From an uncultured beta proteobacterium (GTDB lineage: Bacteria > Pseudomonadota > Gammaproteobacteria > Burkholderiales > SG8-39): a DNA stretch of 64,000 nt. Location: positions 92,756-156,755 of the forward strand of contig CAWALA010000001.1 of assembly GCA_963782655.1 (NCBI GenBank). Reading direction: 5' to 3'. Positions 1 to 12,808 of this stretch are shown one piece after another. The translations under genes were made by a program, and so were the position numbers. Within the stretch, counting starts at the first letter, position 1. The number at the start of each line of letters is the position of its first letter. The notes beneath the pieces were generated by a model. It worked only from the letters and a program-made list of their open reading frames with translations. It did not search any database and had not been told where the DNA came from.

Positions 1-2
1 TC

Positions 3-104
3 GCCCAGGCGGCCAAGCTCGCCAAGCGCAACCGCGGCGACTTCCATTCGCTGCTCACGCGCCATGCGCTGGATCCGGCCGTGTTCAAGCCGGACAAGGC
101 CTAG
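3..104 (+). CDS. 3' end of an unidentified protein-coding gene (C-terminal 33 aa ...AQAAKLAKRNRGDFHSLLTRHALDPAVFKPDKA*)
   Basis: Open frame 3 runs from the window edge to TAG at 102-104 with typical GC3 bias. Too short to identify. Confidence 0.25.
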   Translation, partial: AQAAKLAKRNRGDFHSLLTRHALDPAVFKPDKA

Positions 105-1728
105 CTAGGCGTCGAACTCCCGCAGCACCCGGCCGGGCCCGCGCGGCAGCGCCGCGTATTGCCGGCCGTCGTGCACCTGCACGCCGTTCACCCACACGCC
201 GTGCACGCCGAGCGGCTTGCGGATCATGCGCGCACCGCCGCCGGGCAGGTCCTTCACGCGCTCGAGCCCCGACAGACCCACCTTTGCCGGGTCGAACAGG
301 ACCAGGTCGGCGCAATTTCCGGGCGCGATCTCTGCCGCGCTGCGGGATGCGGTACTTGCGCGCCGGATCGGAGGTGAGGCGGCGCACGCCCTCCTCCAGC
401 GTGAAGGTGCCGGTCTCGCGCACCCAGTGCGCGAGGAAGATGCAGGCCGAAGCCCGCATCGCAGAAGTAGATCAGGTGCGCGCCCGCGTCCGACAGCGCC
501 ACCACGCCCGCCGGGTGCTTGAGCAGCGGCGCGACGCCGCGTCGTCGTTCTGGAACAGCTTCGCCACCAGCTGCGTGTCGAGCGGCAGGTCGAAGAAGTA
601 GTCGAGCGGGTCCTTGCCGCTTCGCCAGCCGCGTGATGGGAACGCCGTCCACTTCCACCTGGCTCCAGTCGCCGTAGAACAGGATGCCTTGTTTCGGATT
701 GACGAGGTTCTCGCGGAAGCGCCGTCGGAACTCCGCGATCCCGGTAGATTGCCGCGCGCGCCTCCGGCGCGGCCGCTTTCACCTGATCGAAGGCGTCGTG
801 CGAGTAAAGCAGGTAGGGCTCGCGCAGCGTGAAGTCGAAGGACAGCGGCTGGCAACTGGTGTGGATGTACACCTCGCGGCCGCGCGCGATTGGCCTGCGC
901 GCAGCGCTCGTAGTAGGTCAACGCACGCTCGGGCGCGCCGGTCGTACATGGTGAGCACCGTCACCATGAACGCCGGGCGACCGGTCGCGGCCGAGATCGC
1001 TTCCATGAATTCGGGCGTGGCGCGCGGGCCGGTGGCCATCACGAAGATGCCCCTGCCCTTCAGCTCCCCGGTGAGCGCCTTCAGCTCCTCGTCGGTCGGC
1101 GATGGTCGAGGGCATGGGCTGGCCGCCCCAGCCGCTGTGGTTGGGCGAGAAGGACGAGGCGAAGCCCGCCGCGCCCGCCTCCATTGCCTCGCGCACCAGC
1201 GCGCGCATGCGCGCGAGCTGTTCCGCGGTGGGCTCCATGCGCGTTGAGGCTTCTTCGCCCATCACCGCCGTGCGGATGGTGGAGTGCTGCGCGAGCACCG
1301 CCACATTGCCGTAGGGGCGGATGCGCTCCAGCGCATCCAGGTACTGCGCGAAGCTCTCGAACTCCCAGCGCGTGCCCGTGAGCAGCGCCTCGAGGTCCAT
1401 GCCCTCCACCACCGAGAGATTGCGCACCACGGTTTCGCGCAGCGCCGCGGGGCAAGGCGCGATGCCGAAGCCGCAGTTGCCCATCACCGCGGTGGTGACG
1501 CCGAGCGACACGGAGGGCGACAGCGTCGGGATCCCAGGTGACCTGGGCGTCGTAGTGGGTGTGCACGTCCACGATGCCGGGCATCAGCGCGAGGCCGCCA
1601 GCGTCCACGGTTTGCCGCGCGGGACCAGGGGGGACGATGCGGCCGTCCTTCACCGCCACGTCGGCCGCCCGGCCGGGCTTTCCGGTGCCGTCGTAGACCG
1701 TGGCGCCGCGGATCAGCAGGTCGTTCAT
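105..1728 (-). CDS. N-acyl-D-amino-acid deacylase (D-aminoacylase, amidohydrolase superfamily); reading frame broken at least 3 times
   Basis: N-terminus [16 protein letters not shown]...DVHTHYD (metal-binding HxH) at 1728. The middle piece [11 protein letters not shown]... and the C-terminus ...[10 protein letters not shown]...VWVNG lie in different frames (ORFs 1081-1728, 918-1511, 105-872). Confidence 0.7.
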
Positions 1729-1842
1729 CCCTGAAGTGTAGCGGTCCGTCGCGCCGGGCTGCAGTTCGTCGCAAACCGGTGGAGGGCGCCCGAGCGGGCT
1801 GGAAAACTGGCGCCGTTACTCAACGAACTCAAGGAGTACGAA

Positions 1843-2232
1843 ATGCACCCGAGCTTCACGCCGATCATCCTGGCGCACACCTTCGCCGCCCTCGCCGCGG
1901 TGGCCCTCGGCGCCGCAATGCTCCTCGCCCGCAAGGGAACTTTCACGCACCGCGTCGCCGGCCGCAGCTGGGTCGTGCTGATGCTGGTGGTGGCCATCTC
2001 GAGCTTCTGGATCAAGTCGGGTCCGAGTTACTCGTGGATTCACGGCCTGTCCGTCGCGGTGATCTTCCTGCTCGGCCTGGCCGTGTGGTTCGCGGTCAGC
2101 CGCCGCATCGAGCGGCACCGCCGCCTGATGGTCGGCATCTACGCTGGCGCGCTGGGCGTCGCGGGCATGTTCACCCTCCTGCCCTATCGCCTGCTCGGCC
2201 GGCTCGTCTGGTCAACCGTCGGACTCATCTAG
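1843..2232 (+). CDS. small integral membrane protein (about 4 TM helices), hypothetical
   Basis: 129-aa intact ORF with hydrophobic segments. A Shine-Dalgarno-like AGGAG lies upstream. Confidence 0.5.
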   Translation: MHPSFTPIILAHTFAALAAVALGAAMLLARKGTFTHRVAGRSWVVLMLVVAISSFWIKSGPSYSWIHGLSVAVIFLLGLAVWFAVSRRIERHRRLMVGIYAGALGVAGMFTLLPYRLLGRLVWSTVGLI

Positions 2233-2242
2233 GAGAACTGTC

Positions 2243-2507
2243 ATGAACGAAGACCTGCAGGCGTATCGCCCGCCGCCGCGCGAAAGCGAAACTCGGGCTC
2301 TACATCCACGCCACCGTGTACGTCGTGGTGAACGCTTTCCTCGCGCTGGTGCAGAGCCAGGCCACGCCGCAGTACGCGTGGGCGCTCTGGCCCGCGGCCG
2401 GATGGGGCATCGGCCTCGCCATCCACGCCGCGGTGGTGCTGCTCGCCGCCTCCGGCGTGCGCGAGCGCATGGAGGCCGAGGAACTGCGCAAGCTGGAATC
2501 CCGCTAA
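2243..2507 (+). CDS. 2TM-domain family small membrane protein (one frameshift near 2285)
   Basis: MNEDLQAYRPP... N-terminus, then YVVVNAFLALV...WPAAGWGIGLAIHAAVV in the neighbouring frame. This matches 2TM-domain proteins often found next to LytS-type kinases. Confidence 0.45.
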
Positions 2508-2519
2508 GCTTCGCGCCGT

Positions 2520-3490
2520 ATGCAAGGCTTCCGCTTCGCCCTGCTCGCGGTCGCGGTGTTCAACACCGCGATCGCGCTGCTGCTGTCGCTGGTCGGCTAC
2601 GGCGGCAGCTTCCTCGACAACCTGGTGTTCTCGCACTGCATCGGCTTCTCGGTGCTGTTGCTCGTGCACTTCGGCTGGCGCTGGGTCTGGCCGGTGGCGA
2701 AGCCGCCGCGCGGCCCCTTCCTCGGCCTCATCGCGGCCGCGGTGCTCTTGGGCTGGCTGGGCGGCAGCGCCCTCGCCTCGCTGCTCCTCGGCATTCCCTG
2801 GACCGGCGGGCGCAGCGCAGGGGTGGCGCTGGTGGTCACGGTCCTTGCCGGGTTTACCGGCACGGGCTTCTTCTGGGCGCGCCACCGCGCCGCGGAGATG
2901 CAGCGCCAGGCGGTGGAGGCCCAGTTGAAGATGCTGCAGGCGCAGATCGAGCCGCATTTTCTGTTCAACACGCTCGCCAATCTCGACGCGCTGATCCAGA
3001 CCGACCCCAAGCGCGCGCGAGCCATGCTCGGGCACTTCAACGACTACCTGCGCGCCACGCTCGCCGCGACGCGGCGCGAGAGAAGCACGCTCGCGGACGA
3101 GTTCGCGCTGCTGCGCGGCTACCTCGAGGTGCAGGCGATGCGCATGGGCGGGCGGCTGCGCTTCCGGCTGGAGCTGCCGGATTCACTTGCCCAGGCCGAC
3201 CTGCCGCCCATGCTGCTGCAGCCGCTGGTGGAGAATTCGCTCAAGCATGGGCTGGAGCCCAAGGTGGAAGGCGGCGAGGTGACGGTGCGCGCGCGCGAGG
3301 AAGGCGACCGGCTGGTGCTGGAAGTGGCGGACACCGGGCTGGGCATTGGGCCAATGGTGCTACCGGCGGAACCGGGGTGGGCCTCGCGAACGTGCGCGAG
3401 CGCCTTGCCGCGGCTTACGCAGGGGCGAAACTCGAGGCCGGCAGGAACTCGGCCGGCGGCTACACCGTGACGCTCAGCATTCCGCGATGA
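2520..3490 (+). CDS. LytS/YehU-type sensor histidine kinase (membrane 5-6 TM plus His_kinase and HATPase domains); frameshift near 3350
   Basis: Motifs QIEPHFLFNTLANL (His box) and LLQPLVENSLKHG...GLGIG...GVGLANVRERL. The C-terminal 40 aa are in another frame (end of ORF 2243-3490). Confidence 0.7.
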
Positions 3491-4238
3491 AAGCGATCCT
3501 CGCCGACGATGAGGCGCTGCTGTCGCTCAGCCTGAAGGCGGCGCTGTCGCAGGTCTGGCCCGAGCTCGAGATCGTGGCGGTGGTGCCCAATGGCATCGAG
3601 GCGGTGCAGGCCGCTGAGCGGCTTGCAACCGGATTTCGCTTTCCTCGACATCCAGATGCCGGGCATGAGCGGGCTGGAGGCGGCCGCGGAGATCGCCGAT
3701 CGCATGGGGGATGCCGCTCCCGCGGTCGTGTTCGTCACTGCGTATGACGAGTTTGCCACCAAGGCTTTCGAGCTGGCGGCAGCGGACTACGTGCTCAAGC
3801 CCGTGATCGCAGGGACGGCTTGCCGCCACCGTGGCGCGGCTCAAGGCGAAACAGCACGGACTGTTGGAGTTGGCGCGTCAGCTTCGTGCGCTGGGCACGC
3901 TCGCGCCGAAGTCCGAAGCGCTCAGGCAGGTGCGGGCGGGCGCAGGCAATGCAGTGAAGCTGATCCCGATCGAGGAAGTGTGCTACTTCGAGGCCGCTGA
4001 CAAGTACACCACGGTGGTGACTGCAGGCGGCGAGGACCTGATCCGCACGCCGTTGAAGGATCTTGCCGCGCAGTTGCCCGCCAATTTCCAGCAGGTGCAC
4101 CGCGGCACCATCGTCAACCTGGCGCAGGTGGTTGCCGCCGTGCGGGACGAGACGGGACGGATTTCGCTCAAGCTGCGCAGCCGCAAGGAGATGCTTGCGG
4201 TAAGCCGGGTGTACGCAGACCTGTTCAAGGCGATGTAA
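3487..4238 (+). CDS. LytR/AlgR-family response regulator (REC plus LytTR DNA-binding domain); 2 frameshifts
   Basis: MKAILADDEALL...FLDIQMPGMSGLE... receiver motifs. C-terminal LytTR domain ...VKLIPIEEVCYFEAADKYTTVV...VHRGTIVNL. The start overlaps the kinase stop (ATGA). Confidence 0.7.
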
Positions 4239-4332
4239 CGCGACGTTGCGGTGCTATTGCCGCACTGCAGAAAGACTCCCGGCGCGCGCCGGCGTAGCAT
4301 TACCCGCGCAATCCACCAGGGAGACCAATAAA

Positions 4333-5293
4333 GTGAAGAAAACGCTGCTGCTCGCCGCCGGACTGTTCGCCTCCACGCAAGCCTTTTCGCAAGCCGCCTT
4401 TCCCGCCGCCGCCGCCGAAAGTCAGCCCGGCGGCCGGCGTGATCGACATGCACACGCACACGCACCCGGACGTGTTCGGGCGCAACATCGACGACGTCGA
4501 CCTCGCCAGGATCGCGAAGGCGCGCGGCATGCGCGGCGTCGTGCTCAAGAACCACATCAGCGAGACCGCGAGCCGCGCGGCGCTCGCGATGAAGGAGGTG
4601 CCGGGCATCGAGGTGTTCGGCGGCATCGTGCTGAACAAGGCGGTCGGCGGCATCAACCCGGACGCGGTCGAGTGGATGCACCGCTATCTACGGCAGCCGC
4701 GGCAAGGTGGTGTGGCTGCCGACCTTCGAGTCGGACAAGCACGTGAAGACCTTCGGCAAGCCCGACGCCAAGGGCATCGTCGTCGCGCCCGGGCGGCAAG
4801 GTGACGCCGGAGATGGAGGCGATCCTCAAGATCATCGCGCGCGAGAACCTGCTGCTCGCCACCGGCCACGTGCATCCCGAGGAAGTGCTCGCGGTGGTGA
4901 AGCGCGGCAAGGAGCTGGGCGTGAAGAACATGATCGTCACCCACGGCCTCACCAACGTGCCGGGCCTCACCATGGCGCAGGCGAAGCAAGTCGGTGGAGA
5001 TGGGCGCGGTGATCGAGGTGTGCTTCCTGCAGTTCCAGGCCGGGCCGAACGCGCCCCTCGCCTTCCTCACGCACTGGACGCAGATCAACGCCAAGCACGT
5101 CGCGCAGGCGATCAAGGAGTTCGGCGCGCAGGGGCTGGTGGTCTCCTCCGACCTCGGCCAGAGCGCCAACATGGTGCACCCGGACGGCATCGAGGTCGCC
5201 ATCGGCGCGATGAAGCGCGAGGGCATCTCGGACGCCGACATCGACACGATGATGCGGAAGAACCCGGCGCGGCTGCTGGGGCTGAGCAGCTAG
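4333..5293 (+). CDS. secreted metal-dependent hydrolase-like protein (DxHTH motif, TIM-barrel/PHP-like; family uncertain); about 4 frameshifts
   Basis: GTG start after an AGGGAGA Shine-Dalgarno sequence, signal peptide VKKTLLLAAGLFAS, then IDMHTHTHPDVF..., ATGHVHPEE..., C-terminus ...MRKNPARLLGLSS* spread over 4 frames. Confidence 0.4.
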
Positions 5294-5324
5294 CCCGCGG
5301 CGCAGCGCGCGCGCCGGAAGCGCG

Positions 5325-5843
5325 TCAGTCGCCGAAAATTCTCGCCCAGTCCACCCGCCCCTCGGGCGTGCGCTCCAGGGCGCGCTCCACCATGGCGATG
5401 TGGCCCAGCTCCTCGGCCGCCATTTCCTGCGCCAGGGCGCGCAGCGCCGGATCGTCTGCGTTGGCGCGCACGTCGGCGAAGAACTGGTGCGCGCGGCGCT
5501 CGGCTTCCAGGGCAATCGCCAGCGCCTGCCGGGGGGTCAGCAGCCGGTACACCAATTCGCGCGCCGCGGTCTCCGGCGCGCCCGCATCCAGCCAGGCGTA
5601 CTCGCCGGGTGCGATGTTCGGCACCTCGACGCCCGCGGTCCGCGCCTCCAGGGTGTCCAGGTGCTCGGCCTCGAACACGGCGAGCGTGCGGAACAGTTTC
5701 GCCACGTCTTCGTTGCCGAGATCGTCCATGCGCTGGGCAAAGTCCGCGTAGGTATCGGCCGCTTCGCGCTCGATGGCGATGGCGTGGGCATAGAGTTCCG
5801 CTGGGGTGCGGATCGCAGGCCGGTTCACGGCCCACATGTACAC
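5325..5843 (-). CDS. ferritin-like (rubrerythrin-type) domain protein
   Basis: Intact 172-aa ORF. Paired E..H helices (EAEHLD, EELGHIAMVE) are typical of ferritin-like diiron folds. Confidence 0.55.
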   Translation of the reverse strand: MYMWAVNRPAIRTPAELYAHAIAIEREAADTYADFAQRMDDLGNEDVAKLFRTLAVFEAEHLDTLEARTAGVEVPNIAPGEYAWLDAGAPETAARELVYRLLTPRQALAIALEAERRAHQFFADVRANADDPALRALAQEMAAEELGHIAMVERALERTPEGRVDWARIFGD

Positions 5844-5905
5844 CTTGCCGCGGTCCGCAGCTTGACGCAGGTCAATCCCGTTTCGCGCCTTCCCACCGAC
5901 CGCTG

Positions 5906-6922
5906 CTAGAAACCCTCCAGCACCAGCTTGCCGATCATGTGGCCGTGCTCGATGCGCTGGTGCGCCTGCTTCAGGTTGTCGGCGCAGATCTTGCCCAGGT
6001 TGTCCCGCAGCGTCGTCACCAGCGCGCCGGTCTCCAGCAGCCCGGCGGCGTCCTCCAGCAGATCGTGCTGGGCCTGCATGTCAGGCGTCTGGAACGTGGA
6101 GCGGGTGAACATCCCCTCCCAGGAAAAGCTCGCGCTTTTTTCCTGCAGCAGCGACAGGTCCACCGGCTTCGCCATGCGCACGATGGAGCAGATGCGGCCC
6201 TGCGGCGCGATCAGGCGCGGCAGCACGGAGAACACCTGCTCGGTGTTGTTGCAGCAGAAGATGTAGTCCACCTCGGGCACGCCCAGGGCGGCCATCTGCT
6301 CGGGCAGCGGCTGGCTGTGGTCCACGGCGGCGTCCGCGCCCAGCGCCTGCACCCAGGCGAGCGAATCCGGGCGCGAGGCGCTCGCGATCACCTTGAGGCG
6401 CGCCAGCTTCTTCGCCAGCTGGATGGCGATCGAGCCCACCCCGCCCGCGCCGCCCAGGATCAGCAGGCGCTTGCCCTTGTCGGCGCCGGACTTGGAGATG
6501 GCCATGCGCTCGAACATCGCCTCCCAGGCGGTGATGGTGGTGAGCGGCAGGGCTGCCGCCTCCGGGAAAGACAGGTTGTTGGGCTTGTGCCCGACGATGC
6601 GCTCGTCCACGAGGTGCAGCTGGCTGTTGGCGCCCGGGCGCTGGTTGCTGCCCGCGTAGTACACCTTGTCGCCGGGCTTGAACAACGCCGCCTGCGGCCC
6701 GACGGCCTGCACCAGGCCCGCCGCGTCCCAGCCCAGGATCTTGAGTTCGCTCGAGGGGCGCGAGCCGGCCGCGCGGCGCTTGGTGTCCACCGGGTTCACC
6801 GAGATCGCCTTCACCTCCACCAGCAGGTCGCGCCCGGCGGGCGTCGGCGCCTCGACCTCGACGTCGAGCAGCGACTCGGGATGATCGATCGGCAGGTACT
6901 CGTAGAAGCCCACGGCCTTCAT
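5906..6922 (-). CDS. zinc-binding alcohol dehydrogenase family protein / quinone oxidoreductase (MDR superfamily)
   Basis: Intact 338 aa with Rossmann motif [18 protein letters not shown] and GroES-like N-terminal domain. Confidence 0.8.
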   Translation of the reverse strand: MKAVGFYEYLPIDHPESLLDVEVEAPTPAGRDLLVEVKAISVNPVDTKRRAAGSRPSSELKILGWDAAGLVQAVGPQAALFKPGDKVYYAGSNQRPGANSQLHLVDERIVGHKPNNLSFPEAAALPLTTITAWEAMFERMAISKSGADKGKRLLILGGAGGVGSIAIQLAKKLARLKVIASASRPDSLAWVQALGADAAVDHSQPLPEQMAALGVPEVDYIFCCNNTEQVFSVLPRLIAPQGRICSIVRMAKPVDLSLLQEKSASFSWEGMFTRSTFQTPDMQAQHDLLEDAAGLLETGALVTTLRDNLGKICADNLKQAHQRIEHGHMIGKLVLEGF

Positions 6923-6977
6923 GGCCCGCGCATGTTACCTGCTCGACGGTTTTCTCGTCGCCGGTAGAATCGCAGGC

Positions 6978-8628
<1,651 letters not shown>

Positions 8629-8650
8629 ACTGCAGGGGCCACTCTAACAG

Positions 8651-9631
8651 TCAGTCGGCGTCGTCCGCTGCGCCGCCGGCCGATGCAAGGTCCTCCTGCT
8701 TGATCTTCTCGGTGTTGAACTTCGCCGCGCGCTCGCGCATCGTCTTCAGCACTTCTTCCAGCGGCGGCGGGTCGCCCTGGATCCAGCGCAGCGGATTGAT
8801 GCGCGCCACGACGAAGGCGCGCAGGTAGGGACTCACGAAGCCCTTCGCCTTCAGCTTCGTGACCACCTCGGCGACCCGCGCGTCGAGCTCCATCAGCATC
8901 TCGGCGTGCTTCTCGTGCGCCTTCAGCGCCTTGCCGATCGGCTCATCCGAGAACTTCTCCAGCCGCCGCACGATGGAGTTGTAGGCGCCGCCCGCGAATT
9001 TGCCGTTCTTCTCGTAGCAGATCCCCAGCGTGACGAACGAAGCCTCCTCCAGGTAGAAGGAGAAGCCGGACTCGGCACGCTTCGGTCCTCGTCGATCAGC
9101 CCGCGATAGATGCGGATCACTTCGAGCGACTTCTCGCGCAGGTTGTGCGCCTTCTCGGTGTTGAGCGCGAGGATCTGCCAGGCGATCTCGCGCTTGGGCA
9201 CCACCAGCGCGGTGATCGACTTCGCGCCGAGCCGCCGCATCGCCATCAGCCGGTGCTGCCGTTCGGCGTCCAGAAGCCTTCCTTCGGCGCGGTGACGCGA
9301 TGATCGGGATCGAGAAAGATGCCGGTCTTGTCGATGACGTCCGCGAGCTTCTTGTGGTGCATGTCGCGAAAGGTCGCGCTGGAACGGCGTGGGCTCGACT
9401 TTCGCGATGGGCAGGATGCAGGCGAGCAGCGCATCCGCCGCCCAGGGGATCCTTGTAGGTTCCGATGATCTCCCCGCCCTCCTTCACCACGCGCTCGCGC
9501 ACTTGCTCTGCAACGCCCGAGAGCAGGTCCAGCCGGCACTCCGCCGGCGTGAGCCCCCGCGTATCCGCCTTCGCCTTCTTCGCCCGGCGCTTTGCCGGGG
9601 CCCGCTTCAATCCGGATTTGGCTGTGGCCAT
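8651..9631 (-). CDS. ParB N-terminal (ParB/sulfiredoxin-fold) domain protein, standalone; 2 frameshifts in the central part
   Basis: Basic N-terminus, then [18 protein letters not shown]... and ...[33 protein letters not shown] (ParB-like box) in shifted frames. Conserved C-terminus. No parA neighbour. Confidence 0.5.
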   Translation of the reverse strand: MATAKSGLKRAPAKRRAKKAKADTRGLTPAECRLDLLSGVAEQVRERVVKEGGEIIGTYKDPLGGGCAARLHPAHRESRAHAVPARPFATCTTRSSRTSSTRPASFSIPIIASPRRRKASGRRTAAPADGDAAARREVDHRAGGAQARDRLADPRAQHREGAQPAREVARSDPHLSRADRRGPKRAESGFSFYLEEASFVTLGICYEKNGKFAGGAYNSIVRRLEKFSDEPIGKALKAHEKHAEMLMELDARVAEVVTKLKAKGFVSPYLRAFVVARINPLRWIQGDPPPLEEVLKTMRERAAKFNTEKIKQEDLASAGGAADDAD

Positions 9632-9654
9632 GCAGGGGATTCTAAGTCGGCTCG

Positions 9655-10396
9655 CTACGCCGGAGGCGCCACATTCACGCCGCGCACGCCGTGCTTCGCG
9701 ATCAGTTGCGCCACCAGCCCGGACGCCTTCGCCTCCTCCGCGAATTCGCGCAGGTAGCGTGCCCCTTGCGCGCGCGCCTTTGGCGTGCCGATCGCCTGCT
9801 GCACGGCGGTGACCTGGCCCTCGAGCAGCCGCGAGCCGGGCACCTTTGCCGAATCCGCGAGCAGTCCGGGCCGCAGGCCCGCCAGCGCTTCCAGCCCTTG
9901 CGACTTGAACAGCTCCAAGGCCGCGGGCAAACCGCCCTCGGCGCGCACCAGCGTGGCGTGCCGAAGGCTGCGCGTGAGGAACAGGTCGTAGGCGCTCTTC
10001 GCGGAAACCGCGACGCGCACCCCCGTGCGATCGACGTCGGCGAGGTCGCGGATCGGCGAACCGGCCTGCACCAGATAGGTCACCGGAATCTCGAGATAAG
10101 CGGGGCTGAACGCGATCTCACTGGCGCGCTGCGGCTCCGCGCCGAGGAACGCGACATCCCAGAGGCCTTTCGTCACCGCGTCGGCGGTTTCCCCCGCCCC
10201 GGCGAAACTGACGTAGACAAGCGGCAACGCCAAGCCGTCGGGCCAGTTCCGCCCCGAGGTCGGGCGCGATACCGCGCGGTGCGCCGTGCGGCGAGCCGGG
10301 ATTCACCAACAGGAAATTGCTGTGATTGATGCCGATGCGCAGCGTACCGGAGGGTGCGAGCTCGGCACGCGCGGCAGAGGAAGGGGTGGTCGCCAT
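9655..10396 (-). CDS. periplasmic transporter substrate-binding protein (family-3-like SBP); one frameshift near 10233
   Basis: N-terminal piece (ORF 10118-10528) ...LRIGINHSNF..., then the 192-aa body with a bilobed SBP-like pattern. Confidence 0.5.
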
Positions 10397-10512
10397 GGAC
10401 CCGATTATGGGCGCATCCGGGCAGCACCCCGGAACCTCAGATGCAGCCCTTTGAAGCGGCAGGCATAATGCCGTCCCATGCCTACCACCCCTGCCTCGCC
10501 AAGGAGAACACC

Positions 10513-11145
10513 ATGAAGAAAACGGCATTGCTGGCCGCCCTGCTCGGGACTGCGTTCCTCGCCACCGCCGCCCAGGCCCAGACGCAGGCCCCGGCGCCGG
10601 CGGCAGTCCAATCCGAGGGTGCCTTTTTCGGCCTTGGCGTGATGGCCGTGAACTCCGAGGTCGGCAACAACATCGCCGACGCCTTCGCCGGTGCCTCGAG
10701 CAATCACCAGTCCACCGGCTTCAAGCTGTACGGCGGCTACATGTGGGGCAACTGGGGCGTGGAGCTTGGCTATTACGACCTGGGCTTGTTCGAGGTCAAG
10801 ATTGGCGCCGCGACCAGCGACAAATTCGAGTCCAAGGCAGGCACGCTCGCCGGCTTCTACGCCGCGCCGTTCGCCGGGAAAGGCGTCATCATCCTGAAGG
10901 CCGGCGCAGCGCACATTTCCTCCGACTACTCCTGCGTGAGCCTTTGCGGCGCGCCCTTCACCAACAGCGAGAAGACCAGCACCAGCCTGCTCACCGCCTT
11001 CGGCGTGGGCTGGCGCCTCACCCCGGGCATCATGCTGCGCGGCGATATCGAGCGCTTCCACGACGTGAAGTACTCCGTAGGCACGTTGGGCGATTTCAAG
11101 GGGCCCATCGATTTGGTCGAGCTCAGCGTGCAGTTCAACTTCTGA
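10513..11145 (+). CDS. outer-membrane beta-barrel protein (OmpA-like N-terminal barrel / PF13505-like)
   Basis: Signal peptide MKKTALLAALLGTAFLATAAQA. Alternating aromatic/hydrophobic strands. C-terminal ...VQFNF (terminal Phe). Confidence 0.6.
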   Translation: MKKTALLAALLGTAFLATAAQAQTQAPAPAAVQSEGAFFGLGVMAVNSEVGNNIADAFAGASSNHQSTGFKLYGGYMWGNWGVELGYYDLGLFEVKIGAATSDKFESKAGTLAGFYAAPFAGKGVIILKAGAAHISSDYSCVSLCGAPFTNSEKTSTSLLTAFGVGWRLTPGIMLRGDIERFHDVKYSVGTLGDFKGPIDLVELSVQFNF

Positions 11146-11953
11146 GCGCCGGCAGGTCGGCGTACGGCGCCTCGCCGCCCTTCGCAGCGACGCTGCGCTG
11201 GATGTCCTCGAGGCTGAAGATGCCGGGCTGCAGGGCATTGAGGTAGCTGAAGCTCTCCGCCACCGAGTGGTCGCGCGCGTAGGAGATCATCTCCTTGGTC
11301 GCCGCAACCGCCACCGGCGCCTTGGCGGCGATGCGCCGCGCCACCGCAAGTGCGCCGGCCACCAGCGCCTCGTGGGAATCGAACAGGCCGTTCACGAAGC
11401 CCAGCCGCTCCGCGCGCTCGGCGCCCAGCCGGTCTCCCGTGTAGCCCAGCTCCCGGATCACGGCCTCGGGCAGTTGCTTGGGCACGCGGTTGAAAGTGCC
11501 GACATCGGCCATCATGCCGAGGTTGATCTCCTGGATCACGAACCAGGCGTCGCGAGTCGCGTAGCGCAGGCAGCAGGCGCTCGCCATGTCCACCCCGCCT
11601 CCGATGCAGCCGCCCTGGATTGCCGCGATCACGGGAAAGCGCGCTGCGGCAAGCGAGTCGAGGCTCGCCTGCAGCCGCTCCAGCTCGCGCCGGAAACGCT
11701 GCCGCGCCTCGGGCGTGGCGGCGCCGATTGCGCCAGCGGACTGGAACATCGCGAGGTCGAGCCCCGCGCAGAAATGCGGACCGGTGGAGGACAGCACCAG
11801 CGCGCGCACCTCGCCGCTGGCGTCGAGCTCGCGCACGATCGCCGGCAGCTCCTCCCAGAAAGCCGCCGTCATGGCGTTGCGCCGCTCCGGGCGCGACATG
11901 CGCAGGTGCGCGACCTTTTCCTGCACCGACACTTCGAAGCATTCGTAGCTCAT
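11135..11953 (-). CDS. enoyl-CoA hydratase/isomerase family protein
   Basis: Intact crotonase-fold motifs ...GPHFCAGLDL... and ...AAIQGGCIGGGVDMA... Confidence 0.8.
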   Translation of the reverse strand: MSYECFEVSVQEKVAHLRMSRPERRNAMTAAFWEELPAIVRELDASGEVRALVLSSTGPHFCAGLDLAMFQSAGAIGAATPEARQRFRRELERLQASLDSLAAARFPVIAAIQGGCIGGGVDMASACCLRYATRDAWFVIQEINLGMMADVGTFNRVPKQLPEAVIRELGYTGDRLGAERAERLGFVNGLFDSHEALVAGALAVARRIAAKAPVAVAATKEMISYARDHSVAESFSYLNALQPGIFSLEDIQRSVAAKGGEAPYADLPALRS

Positions 11954-12006
11954 TGCATCCTCCTTGGCCGCGAGCATAATCCTCCTCGCCAAGATCAGGA
12001 GGCCTC

Positions 12007-12610
12007 GTGAGAATGACTTCGTTGCTGTTCGCGCTCCTTGCCGGCGCGCTCCTTGCCACCCAGGCAAGTGCCCAGGGCGCCTACGCCGGCGCAGGCGTGC
12101 TGCAGGTCTCCACCAACAACGCCGAGGACTTCGCCGCCTTCATCGTCGGCCCGGGCGGCAGCGCCGACGGGTCCGCCAGCGGCTTCAAGGTCTACGCCGG
12201 CTATCAGTGGCCGAGCCCGCTTCGGCATCGAGGCCGGCTACTACGACCTGGGCACCTACGACGTGAAGACCTTCGGCGTCAAAACGGACGAGTTCGCGAC
12301 CACCGCGTTCGTCCTTTCGGGCACCTACGCGATGCCGATCGGCACGAGCGTCGATATCAACTTCAAGCTCGGCATCGCCTTCACCAACGCGGACTACACC
12401 TGCCTCGCGGGCTGCGGTTACCCGTTCATCAGCAGCGGCAGGTCGAGCTCCGCGGGCCTGTTCGGCGCCGGTGTGGGCTGGCGCCTCGCACGCCATTTCG
12501 GCCTGCGCGCTGATTTCGAGTACTTCACCGGGATCGAGCATTCGGTAGCCGGCAACATCGGAATCTACGACTACGCCACGTGGTCGCTGAGCGGCGAGGT
12601 CAGGTTCTGA
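12007..12610 (+). CDS. outer-membrane beta-barrel protein, paralogue of 10513-11145; one frameshift near 12200
   Basis: Signal peptide MRMTSLLFALLAGALLATQASA. GFKVYAGYQW then ...FGIEAGYYDLGTYDV...SGEVRF in the adjacent frame. Same repeat architecture as the upstream paralogue. Confidence 0.55.
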
Positions 12611-12808
12611 CCTGGCCGTCGCCGAGGCAAGTTATTGTTTTGATTGACCGAACGCCGCCGAACCTGTATAAAGGCGGGGCAGGATTCTCAAGCAGCGAAA
12701 TAGCTGGTCCGCTCGCGGCCTCCGGGCCGCGCTCATCAGGTAGTTTTTTCCTTCCTTGATCATTCCGCAGGGCAACCGCCCTTTCCATCAATTTTCAGGG
12801 AAGCAGAC
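12611..12808 (+). promoter_or_regulatory. long (about 200 nt) leader / promoter region upstream of the cold-shock gene
   Basis: Non-coding gap, AT-enriched relative to the window. Long 5' UTRs are characteristic of cspA-family genes. The boundaries are the flanking CDS. Confidence 0.3.

Noticed and set aside
1-1728. Treating the frameshifted genes (glnS, ettA, pepN, rhlE-like, ndh) as true pseudogenes or evidence of reductive evolution
   Set aside because: Several are essential single-copy genes, and intact and broken genes are interspersed with unchanged codon bias. Assembly indel error is the simpler explanation. They are annotated as CDS with frameshift notes.
2243-3490. Many long ORFs antisense to, or out of frame with, the real genes (for example 2243-3490 plus 415 aa, 5609-6967 plus 452 aa, 13664-15001 minus 445 aa, 19960-21177 minus 405 aa, 24976-26919 plus 647 aa, 36274-38202 minus 642 aa, 56723-58831 minus 702 aa)
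   Set aside because: They are Arg/Ala/Gly/Pro-rich with no family signatures, as expected for stop-codon-poor high-GC DNA. In each case the other strand or frame carries a clear homologue with proper codon bias.
8651-9631. ParB-like gene as evidence of an integrated plasmid or mobile element
   Set aside because: It is flanked by glnS and a periplasmic binding protein, with no parA, rep, relaxase or integrase.
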